Virus record (IMG/VR): IMGVR_UViG_3300009788_001732
Location: 73,963-104,336 of that record
DNA: 30,374 nt
Origin: a virus
Taxonomy: Duplodnaviria > Heunggongvirae > Uroviricota > Caudoviricetes
Reading direction: 5' to 3' (one strand)
Shown: positions 15,660 through 23,013 of the stretch, piece by piece
How the letters are laid out: each line of letters begins with the position of its first letter
How positions within the stretch are numbered: position 1 is the first letter of the stretch
Translations under genes and position numbers: made by a program
The notes under the pieces: generated by a model
The model's input: only the letters and a program-made list of their open reading frames with translations
Database searches by the model: none
Told to the model about the DNA's origin: nothing

Positions 15660-16205
15660 TTGATGGCTCGCACGCGAAAGCCTTGTCCCGGATGTGGGGA
15701 GATATGTCAGTATCGGCCAGCAGCCGAAGTCTGTGGTAGTTGTAAATCGCTGATCAAACAAGGCCGCAAGTGTATCGATGAACAAGTTGCCGCTTGTGAA
15801 AATCAGCGGGTGCTGACAAAATTGCCACATAGTGCTCGGTCCCTACCTTACATTCGTAACTCCACAAATGAACGGCGCGAGTTCCAAAACGCTTTTTATA
15901 CCATAGTATTGGCGGTAAGCGAGCCGGCATCAAATGAAGTGTTACGGCAATTGCCTGAGCCATACAAAACGCCGATGATCGTTGAGAAATGTGATACTGG
16001 CTATCACGGCGGGCGTGAATGCTATATGATCGAACCAACACTGCTCGATGCAATGCAAAACCTATGGTACTCATCCGTGGCGATGGTTGACGGGGCGTAT
16101 AGGCGTGGCGTAGCGTCTGGAGAACAGTTGATTGCTCAACTAGCTGGCGGTGATATAACAATCGCCCAATTTGAGGAGCGATACGAACTATACACGGGAC
16201 CTTAA
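15660..16205 (+). CDS. Hypothetical protein with N-terminal Zn finger
   Basis: CPGCG...CGSC; GGAG RBS. Confidence 0.75.
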   Translation: MMARTRKPCPGCGEICQYRPAAEVCGSCKSLIKQGRKCIDEQVAACENQRVLTKLPHSARSLPYIRNSTNERREFQNAFYTIVLAVSEPASNEVLRQLPEPYKTPMIVEKCDTGYHGGRECYMIEPTLLDAMQNLWYSSVAMVDGAYRRGVASGEQLIAQLAGGDITIAQFEERYELYTGP

Positions 16206-16221
16206 AAACAAAGGATAGACG

Positions 16222-16338
16222 ATGGACTATAAAGATATACGGGAGTTTCGCAAGAATACAAAGGCACATTACCGATACAGACCACAAATGTTCGGAGGGC
16301 TCGGCTTACCCTTCCTGTTTTTGTTGCTATTGTACTGA
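16222..16338 (+). CDS. 38-aa peptide with hydrophobic end, possibly the frameshifted start of a longer membrane protein
   Basis: AAGGA RBS; the -1 frame continues open and hydrophobic to 16406. Confidence 0.4.
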   Translation: MDYKDIREFRKNTKAHYRYRPQMFGGLGLPFLFLLLLY

Positions 16339-16424
16339 ACCTAGCACTACTTGCCGGAGCCATATGGGTTGTCATTCAGGTTTTGCAATATACCGGGGTC
16401 CTCTAAACGCCAAAAAGAAACATA

Positions 16425-17003
16425 ATGCAACTGCTCATTCGAGATAATCAAGACAAGCTGCACGAGGTGAAGTTGCGGGACCCACTGGAATTTTACCGGT
16501 TTCGCCCGAAGCCGAGTAACGTATTGGTGTGGTCGCAAATTCTAGCAACCATGGAAAAGATTTTCGCCGCACAAGCAACATTTTCATCCATGTCTGCGGA
16601 AGCGAGTCGCTGTAAAAACGAATCGATGGCATGTTTGCTAAAAGATGTGGAAACTCTTGCTAAAGAGGCAGCTAATGAATGGCACTATCGACAGGGTATC
16701 ATTCCAGCTACGACACTCGAAGAAATTATTTTCAAGCATTTCAAGCCGTTTATCGAACGCCTAAATGACACACTGTCAACGAAGACATATACCACTGTCA
16801 AAGTTATTGGTGGTGACTTCAAAGTTAAAGAGGGTATAAAGTGGAGTAAGCGGTTGACGGCAGAAGAAATGCTGAAAGTCTCTAACTATCTCGAAGCCAA
16901 GTGGACAGGCATGCCGTACATGCTTTTCTGGCATGGGTATCAAAGCTCATCCGAACCTCAAGATATTTGGGCAGCAATGGAGATGCTAGGGACATTACCT
17001 TAA
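16425..17003 (+). CDS. Hypothetical protein
   Basis: 192-aa ORF; shares IIF.HFKP.I.R with 27091-27477. Confidence 0.7.
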   Translation: MQLLIRDNQDKLHEVKLRDPLEFYRFRPKPSNVLVWSQILATMEKIFAAQATFSSMSAEASRCKNESMACLLKDVETLAKEAANEWHYRQGIIPATTLEEIIFKHFKPFIERLNDTLSTKTYTTVKVIGGDFKVKEGIKWSKRLTAEEMLKVSNYLEAKWTGMPYMLFWHGYQSSSEPQDIWAAMEMLGTLP

Positions 17004-17022
17004 GGTACTTGGAGACCTTGTA

Positions 17023-17583
17023 ATGAAGGTTTATACAACTGGGCAGGTCGCAAAAATCTGTAGAGTAAACGAGCGCGCTGTAAGAAAATGGTTTGACTCG
17101 GGCCGGCTCAAAGGCTACCGCATTCCCGGTTCACAAGATTATCGTATTCCTCGTAACTACCTGATCAAATTTCTAAAAGAACATGGGATGCTTGTAGGCG
17201 AGCTGGAGGATGCGATAATGACCAAGGTCCTGATTGTCGCTCACGATCAGGTAATGATCGAGAATCTGAAGCGCGAACTGGCCGAGTTATTCAAGACCTT
17301 GGTGGTGGATAGTGGCTTTGACGCAGGAATTCAGGTCGGGAGCTTCCGCCCAGATTGCATTGTCGTTGACTTTTCAATCGGTCATACTGAGGCGCTAAGG
17401 ATTTGTCGAAGTTTGCGTCGCAATTCGGAGTTTTCAGAGACCATTATAGTTGCCTTACTTGATTACAATTCGCCTTCTGACTTTGATCGTTGGAGTATCA
17501 ACGTGTTTAGAAAGCCGTTTGATACTGGCGTGTTGGCCGAGCGACTACAGACTCTCGTTGGTGGACCTGGTAAATCTTCATGA
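17023..17583 (+). CDS. Excisionase-type HTH plus receiver-domain regulator, planctomycete family
   Basis: TTGQVAKIC...KWFDSGRLKGYRIPGSQD.RIP..YLIKFLKEHGM; receiver with IVVDF and KPF; GGAG RBS. Confidence 0.9.
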   Translation: MKVYTTGQVAKICRVNERAVRKWFDSGRLKGYRIPGSQDYRIPRNYLIKFLKEHGMLVGELEDAIMTKVLIVAHDQVMIENLKRELAELFKTLVVDSGFDAGIQVGSFRPDCIVVDFSIGHTEALRICRSLRRNSEFSETIIVALLDYNSPSDFDRWSINVFRKPFDTGVLAERLQTLVGGPGKSS

Positions 17584-17592
17584 GAAGACCAA

Positions 17593-17739
17593 ATGGACGA
17601 GCATATTGAACAAATCGTCTCAGCAATCAGAACGCAGATATTCTCTAACACAAGCGTAGAGAAATCAGAAACGAGAGCTGCGTTAATGGAAATCATTTCG
17701 GAAATTCGCAGCCTGCTAGACGCACTTGAAGACTTCTAA
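17593..17739 (+). CDS. 48-aa helical protein
   Basis: Read manually (MDEHIEQIVS...LDALEDF); fills the gap. Confidence 0.6.
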   Translation: MDEHIEQIVSAIRTQIFSNTSVEKSETRAALMEIISEIRSLLDALEDF

Positions 17740-17753
17740 CCCATGAGGAAGTA

Positions 17754-18650
17754 ATGAGCACGCGGAGAGATGAGTTTATCAAAATGTTGGCGGAATACTT
17801 GGCTGGACCTAACCAGGCAGAGATGAGCATTCGTCTGGAGATGGGTCATGAGGACGCTCGGGTGTGGTCTATGCTTCGTGATGCATCTCCATTGTTTGGG
17901 TATCCGTCAGTCGATGATGCAGAGCAACGGCTAAAGAAATTTCTTTTAGAAGAAGCCCAGCCGACGCCAGATAAGTGTGACGTATCATCAGCACAGGAAA
18001 TTAGTCACAAGACTGTGAATGTTGTAGTTTCTCACACGCACATGAGTGACTGGGATATTGCTGCCATGGTTAGTGCAGACCTTGATGAAATATTCAAGAA
18101 GCTGGTGAACTTTCTGGATACTTGCTTTGAGCATTCACTATGTCCTGGCGATGCCGAAGGACTATTGCGACAGTTCCACAATTTACACCATCCATGTGTA
18201 AGAATCGGCGTGACAGTAGATAAAGCCGAGGAAATTCGCAGCGTGAACAAGTTGGTTGAGACCGCCGAAAACCTAAAAAACGAGCTGCTTCATCCCGCGT
18301 CTATTGGTGGCGAAGACACTTACGGTCTCATCGTTGAGCTAGACAACGCTCTCGACGCCATGCAAGCACCAGCAAGCAAGTCTATTCCACCAAAAGCTAC
18401 GAAGCCGAGTAAGTTTGCTCGGGAGTTGACCGAGAGATTGGTTTCTAAACATGAAGATTTTGAAGAATATCTTCATGGTGGCTCAACACCGCACACCGAC
18501 GTGGCTGTTGCTTGCACTATTGATGCCGCTATCTTTGAGTATAACAACAGATTGGTAAAGTTTCTGGATAATTACTTTCATAGTAGACAGCGCCCTGGCA
18601 ATGCCGAATGGTTACTGCAACAGTTCCGCAAACAGGAAAATGAAGGATGA
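17754..18650 (+). CDS. Modular hypothetical protein with internal duplication
   Basis: KLVNFLDTCFEHSLCPGDAEGLLRQF versus RLVKFLDNYFHSRQRPGNAEWLLQQF. Confidence 0.8.
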   Translation: MSTRRDEFIKMLAEYLAGPNQAEMSIRLEMGHEDARVWSMLRDASPLFGYPSVDDAEQRLKKFLLEEAQPTPDKCDVSSAQEISHKTVNVVVSHTHMSDWDIAAMVSADLDEIFKKLVNFLDTCFEHSLCPGDAEGLLRQFHNLHHPCVRIGVTVDKAEEIRSVNKLVETAENLKNELLHPASIGGEDTYGLIVELDNALDAMQAPASKSIPPKATKPSKFARELTERLVSKHEDFEEYLHGGSTPHTDVAVACTIDAAIFEYNNRLVKFLDNYFHSRQRPGNAEWLLQQFRKQENEG

Positions 18651-19066
18651 GTATTTTTCAATACATTAAAACGCCGATCAAACGATTGAAGAAAGCTGGT
18701 GGTCTTCGCCTCTACGGTTCTCAGCAACAGTTTATGGGAGTCGGCGTATCAGTTGGTGTGGCTAACGAAATCTGCCGCGTGATAAACGGTGCTGATGAGT
18801 TAGTGGAGGCGGCGAAATTTGCAATACCGGCACTAGACACGTGTTCTCAGAAAGCGCTTGTGCGATTAGAAAAAGCCATTGCTGCCATACACCTGCCAAA
18901 AAGTAACATGTGGGACGAAGCGGAAGAAAAAGCGGTAGAAAAAGCGTTCGAGAAAGAGAGGGTACTAAAAGCGCCTTTTTGGCAACTATCCCTGCTTGCC
19001 GTGATCATTTACATTGTAGTAGGTTCTGTGACCTGGGCGTTTATTGAGTTTATGCTAATAGACTAA
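18647..19066 (+). CDS. Hypothetical protein with C-terminal TM helix
   Basis: ATGA overlap; hydrophobic end. Confidence 0.75.
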   Translation: MSIFQYIKTPIKRLKKAGGLRLYGSQQQFMGVGVSVGVANEICRVINGADELVEAAKFAIPALDTCSQKALVRLEKAIAAIHLPKSNMWDEAEEKAVEKAFEKERVLKAPFWQLSLLAVIIYIVVGSVTWAFIEFMLID

Positions 19067-19087
19067 CAGATTTTGAAAGGAAAAATA

Positions 19088-19486
19088 ATGAAGACTCTAG
19101 TAGAAACGGCATTGGTAATGCTGGAAGCCGGGCAGAATGTGGACGAAATTGAGAGTAAGCTATGCAAAATAATTCCTCACTGCTTTGATGATTCACAAAC
19201 GTACTCACAAGTGAGAAGCGCAATATCTAATACTTTGACCCTATTTGCATTTATTGAAACGCAGCGAAGTATTTGTGCGTTTCTGAGAGGACTGGGCATG
19301 GTTGCAAGTAAGAGGGATGGAATGCGGCTTCTCAACGAGTTTCACGACCAGGAAGGACGAAGGAAGGATGTTGAAAGCAAAAGTGTACAGAGTGATGAAG
19401 AGGTGATGTACGCGCCCGTGGCTTCTGACCGCGTTCTGGTAAATATGTACTCGCAACGGTCGAATCAGTGGCGGCAGATTCTGTGA
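19088..19486 (+). CDS. Hypothetical protein, last clear gene of the plus block
   Basis: AAGGA RBS before ATG 19088. Confidence 0.7.
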   Translation: MKTLVETALVMLEAGQNVDEIESKLCKIIPHCFDDSQTYSQVRSAISNTLTLFAFIETQRSICAFLRGLGMVASKRDGMRLLNEFHDQEGRRKDVESKSVQSDEEVMYAPVASDRVLVNMYSQRSNQWRQIL

Positions 19487-19666
19487 TGGCCGCTTCTGTA
19501 ATGGCTGCTTTGGCGTGGTTCTTTGATCAGACCCGCCGACCCGCCGCGGAAGATTTCTGACCGCGTCTTAGTAAATTTTAGTTTGATATTTTTTGCCCAT
19601 AATTTTAATCCCTGCAATCAGTTGTAGAGTTTCGGCTTGGAACTTCTGACCGCGTTCTACTAAAGT
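19423..19666. repeat. Three dispersed copies of TTCTGACCGCGT-N6-TAAA
   Basis: Exact 12-mer at 19423, 19555 and 19644. Confidence 0.8.
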
Positions 19667-21100
19667 TCGCGCCCAAAAGTAGTCACTAAAGGGCCTACCA
19701 ATCCCTACAACTCCTCTATTCGTTGCAACCGAGATATCCAACCCACCCGTCACACCCACACCTACCACCCTGTCCAACCCCGCCGGTACACATGAACATA
19801 CGAACAGTACAGTATGTATCACAAACGAACGGTCCCACAATGGGTCTGGTGTACTCAATGTATCTAGCATACTCGAATTATGCGGAAGCGTCCGAAACAT
19901 GGTGGTCGACCGTCCAAATTGGAGCCGTTCAAACAAACACCATCAGCCAGGTGAGACCAGGCAATAGAGAGATTGACTGGATGTACAGAGGTACAGAAGT
20001 ATCGGCGTGGCCCGGGCGCCCGGCGCGGGCCGGCCAATGGTAGTAGTGGGTTTCCCCTAGGTGTAACACCTAAGCGCCAGCGCTGGCGCTCAGCGCTGGG
20101 CCGGCGCTGAACTGGCGCGGCGGCCGCACGGTGGTCGCCCCGCCGCAGCGCCGGGCCTGCGGTGGTCGGCCGAAACCACGCTGAATCGATTCAACTCGAT
20201 TCGGCGTAACATCTTACGCAATCTGCGTAGACAGTACCCCCAATCTGGGTGTATCAATTGTGCAACCACAAAGAGGTGAGGTGTACAAATGTATCGGAGT
20301 GGTGAACAGATGTCAACCACACCGATGGTGGCTACCTCCCCTATCAGAGGGGTAAAATAAGGGTCGATGGAGGGTCAACGCGTAGGGTCAACGCGGCCGA
20401 AAGGGTCGATTATCGGGTAAATAAGGGTCGATGAGGGTTGGATTTACCCCCTAAATGGGGGATTTTGTTACAGAATCGGCTCTTTTTCACCCCCATTAGG
20501 GGTACCTCTTCTGGGTGGGTATAAGGGGAAGTACCTACACTTCTGAAAAGTGTGCCATTTTGACTCACTTTTTACCCCTCTCATAGGGGGTTTTGATAGC
20601 AGATAAAAGTGCAGGTAAAGTGGAATATCACGATTTGGCGGGGTGCGCGCAGTTTTTGTTGAGCGCGGAGGGTCGATGGGCAGTTTAAATTATAGTGTAC
20701 AAGGGTTCATACGCCGATTCATAAGTCTTGCTTCTCATAGGGGTTATGACAAGAGGGTCAATAGAGGGTCAAGTTACTATAAGGGTTGAATTAAGAATGA
20801 CTCTCTTATCAATAATATGTATACGTTTTTAAGTAGTACAATAAAGCAACACGCGCCAATCGGTCCTTTTAGGGCTCTCAGATTCATAACCCCGCCGAGC
20901 GCTAAGACTTACACAAGGACCGATACCGACCCTTGCCCCTTAAACGCCTAGTTTGGCGCACCTATTCAGCCCATATCCGACCCTTTACCCAAACCACGCC
21001 GATACATCGCATCTAAGGCCCGAAGAGCAAACAGCAGTGTTTGAGGTCACCACAGGCTTAGAAAGCCATGAGCGGGCTCACCAGAGCCTCTGATCGTTCA
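19570..21100. other. Repeat-rich non-coding region where both gene blocks converge; origin or terminus/packaging candidate
   Basis: No credible ORF; at least 8 AGGGTC(G/A)A octamers; CCCC-N5/7-GGGG dyads; GC-rich palindromes; local C/G skew switches. Confidence 0.6.
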
Positions 21101-21109
21101 ATTTATTCA

Positions 21110-21149
21110 AATAAAGAAAGCCGTGGCTAGCTGGAACTAGCCACGGCTT
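21110..21149 (-). terminator. Intrinsic terminator
   Basis: 13-bp perfect stem AAGCCGTGGCTAG/CTAGCCACGGCTT, 6-nt loop, followed by TCTTTATTT on the minus strand. Confidence 0.85.
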
Positions 21150-21155
21150 CAAAGT

Positions 21156-21203
21156 GGTTGATTCGGAGAGTACGCCGGCGGTTGATTTGGAGAGTACACC
21201 GGC
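21156..21203. repeat. Two tandem 24-nt repeats
   Basis: GGTTGATTCGGAGAGTACGCCGGC / GGTTGATTTGGAGAGTACACCGGC (22 of 24 identical). Confidence 0.9.
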
Positions 21204-21307
21204 GTGGTGTCACTGTTAGAAAGTGCTAAGATCGGTTCTCCGAATCAAACCCAAATAACGCAAGGACGGAAAGTCCGCCTATTGGCCCTCAGCGTATACC
21301 CAATCAC

Positions 21308-21336
21308 ATTATAGAAGATTGTCGAGCAGTTGTCAA
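21308..21336 (-). promoter_or_regulatory. Perfect sigma70 consensus promoter
   Basis: TTGACA-17-TATAAT on the minus strand. Confidence 0.9.
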
Positions 21337-21477
21337 GAGCCATACTTTCATGAAAGTGCCAATGCTATCAATCTTATGTATGCTTACACCGAGGCATAAG
21401 ATTAAGGCGGCATGGTGCTCGATAACATTTACTCACTGTGCCTCATTGATACCGGTGCCAGGACCACGCCTTAATAA

Positions 21478-21600
21478 TCAGTCCCATAGCACGGGCCTTA
21501 ATGCCCCTATGATAGTCAATCCCATAGCAACAACAATCACGGCAAACACCACACTGACCCAAAAAGGCGCTTTCTTCGATTCTTGCATCGGTTCTCTCAT
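21478..21600 (-). CDS. 40-aa single-TM peptide
   Basis: MREPMQESKKAPFWVSVVFAVIVVAMGLTIIGALRPVLWD, read manually. Confidence 0.55.
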   Translation of the reverse strand: MREPMQESKKAPFWVSVVFAVIVVAMGLTIIGALRPVLWD

Positions 21601-21625
21601 GGTTCACTATAGCATGAGCACAGCT

Positions 21626-21838
21626 TTAGAGCAACTTGCGAACAGACACGCGCATTGCTTTGGCGAAAATTCGCAACATTGATAGCCGAGGATCGTTTGT
21701 TTGGTTCAAAAACTGCCACGCACCCTTTCTTGCCGTTTCACCTTGGTAACCCATTCGCTGCCCTAATTCATCCAAGGTCATTGACGATCGTCTGAAAGTT
21801 GCACGCGCTCGAATCATTGCACGATCGGTCATTGTCAT
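21626..21838 (-). CDS. XRE/Cro-family HTH protein
   Basis: MTLDELGQRMGY...AWQFL...DPRLSML..FAKAM.VSV..LL; AAGGT RBS. Confidence 0.85.
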   Translation of the reverse strand: MTMTDRAMIRARATFRRSSMTLDELGQRMGYQGETARKGAWQFLNQTNDPRLSMLRIFAKAMRVSVRKLL

Positions 21839-21864
21839 TACCTTTCACATCTAATATGAGTAGC

Positions 21865-22212
21865 TTAACGCAGAGTGGCGATATGCGAACTAACAAACGC
21901 GCAGGCAATTTCCTCATAATTCACTTCCGATAATGCATCCTGCAAAAGGTCCGTGTACAGAGTAACTCTACGTTCGTGTGTGTACCGCAGGTCTAAGTCT
22001 GTGAACGTGGCTTCGAGACGATCCGCCAGTATAAAAATTGCACGATACTTTTGGGTGACCGACGTCGGATAGTCTAACGAATCGACTGCCTGAAGGTAGC
22101 ATATCTTAGCTTGTTCTTGCCAGTAAGCATAGAATGACGGGTTACCAGTAAACCAGGTATTAACAGCCCAAGTTGCATGATTCGACCAGCCTTGACACCT
22201 GTCATAGTTCAT
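21865..22212 (-). CDS. Widespread phage protein of the (Y)NGWxNxxTW...EVNxxEIA type
   Basis: GWSNHATWAVNTW and LSEVNYEEIA; start at internal ATG with AGGA RBS. Confidence 0.7.
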   Translation of the reverse strand: MNYDRCQGWSNHATWAVNTWFTGNPSFYAYWQEQAKICYLQAVDSLDYPTSVTQKYRAIFILADRLEATFTDLDLRYTHERRVTLYTDLLQDALSEVNYEEIACAFVSSHIATLR

Positions 22213-22258
22213 ATCAGTTATCCTGATGTTAAACATATGTAGAATGTGAGTCTCTACG

Positions 22259-22633
22259 TCACCTAGGTAATTCTTTGATACGTAATGCGTACCTTCCATT
22301 TGGTCGCTTAATCCATTGGCCTACACGGATCAATGAGCGATCATCGGTTTCAATTTCTACAAAACGCGGGGGCTCGGGGCCGGGAGGACCATCAAAAATA
22401 ATGTTAATAGGCCGAGGCGCCTTTAACGACTTTTGCCCGCACACTTGTCTTTCTAGTTTGAGTTCCAGGTCACGCCCCAGTTGATAAAATGCATCACCGA
22501 TACGACGCGCATGCGTTACATTGTCACAGTAAATCGTAATATCTGAGCCAATCTCTACTTTTGGATCATGTTCTACACTTGCTACAAGGGTTTCGCGGGC
22601 CGCAGTACGAATTACTATTCTGTTGTTTGTCAC
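22259..22633 (-). CDS. Hypothetical protein
   Basis: GTG start after AGGAG; C-terminal INIIFDGPPGPEPPRFVEIE motif. Confidence 0.7.
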   Translation of the reverse strand: MTNNRIVIRTAARETLVASVEHDPKVEIGSDITIYCDNVTHARRIGDAFYQLGRDLELKLERQVCGQKSLKAPRPINIIFDGPPGPEPPRFVEIETDDRSLIRVGQWIKRPNGRYALRIKELPR

Positions 22634-22644
22634 AAATATATCTC

Positions 22645-22929
22645 CTATGAAGTTTCTTCCGATTCTGTGATCAGTTGTAAATCCGCAAATTGGATCAGAG
22701 TTGCCAACAGTCGTGCCCTGATCGCTGCTTCGCAATCCTTGCGACTATCTCGACTACAGGGGTCGCCTCCCCCATTCCAGTTAATACACCACCAGCCCGG
22801 GATACCTACAGATGGCAGAACGTACCGGTATGTAGCGACACTGTATGCAATCCCCTCAGAGACTCGGATCACAGCTCGATACAAGGGCCGTTTGCCGCGC
22901 CGATTCACCTTGATAAATTGAAGTTTCAT
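22645..22929 (-). CDS. Hypothetical protein
   Basis: ATG 4 nt after the tRNA-like element. Confidence 0.6.
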   Translation of the reverse strand: MKLQFIKVNRRGKRPLYRAVIRVSEGIAYSVATYRYVLPSVGIPGWWCINWNGGGDPCSRDSRKDCEAAIRARLLATLIQFADLQLITESEETS

Positions 22930-22932
22930 AAA

Positions 22933-23007
22933 CTCGCCCGGTAGGACTCGAACCTACAACCTGCGGATTAGTAATTACCGCTGCTCTGCCAATTGAGCTA
23001 CGGGCGT
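22933..23007 (-). tRNA. Atypical tRNA-like element, anticodon ACT (nominally Ser), short variable loop, no CCA
   Basis: D arm GCTC-AATTGGCA-GAGC; T arm GTAGG-TTCGAGT-CCTAC; 6-bp acceptor stem with A1:A72 mismatch; loop TT-ACT-AA; 2-nt bulge in the anticodon stem. Confidence 0.8.
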
Positions 23008-23013
23008 GCTACT

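Larger units (their letters stand above)
21110..21301 (-). ncRNA. Putative structured non-coding RNA of about 190 nt
   Basis: Bounded by a perfect consensus promoter and a strong terminator; no ORF with an RBS; internal repeats with a complementary partner. Confidence 0.7.

Noticed and set aside
19568-20320. ORFs 19568-19936, 19723-20043 and 20090-20320
   Set aside because: Low-complexity translations produced by skewed and GC-rich non-coding sequence; no RBS
21156-21203. 24-nt repeats as a CRISPR array
   Set aside because: Repeats are directly adjacent with no spacers, only two copies, and no cas genes
21265-21278. GGACGGAAAGTCCG resembles the RNase P RNA signature GAGGAAAGUCC
   Set aside because: It is on the strand opposite the promoter, has a mismatch, and no other RNase P conserved regions or sufficient length are present
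21350-21682. Plus-strand 110-aa ORF
   Set aside because: Antisense to the XRE gene and the 40-aa TM peptide
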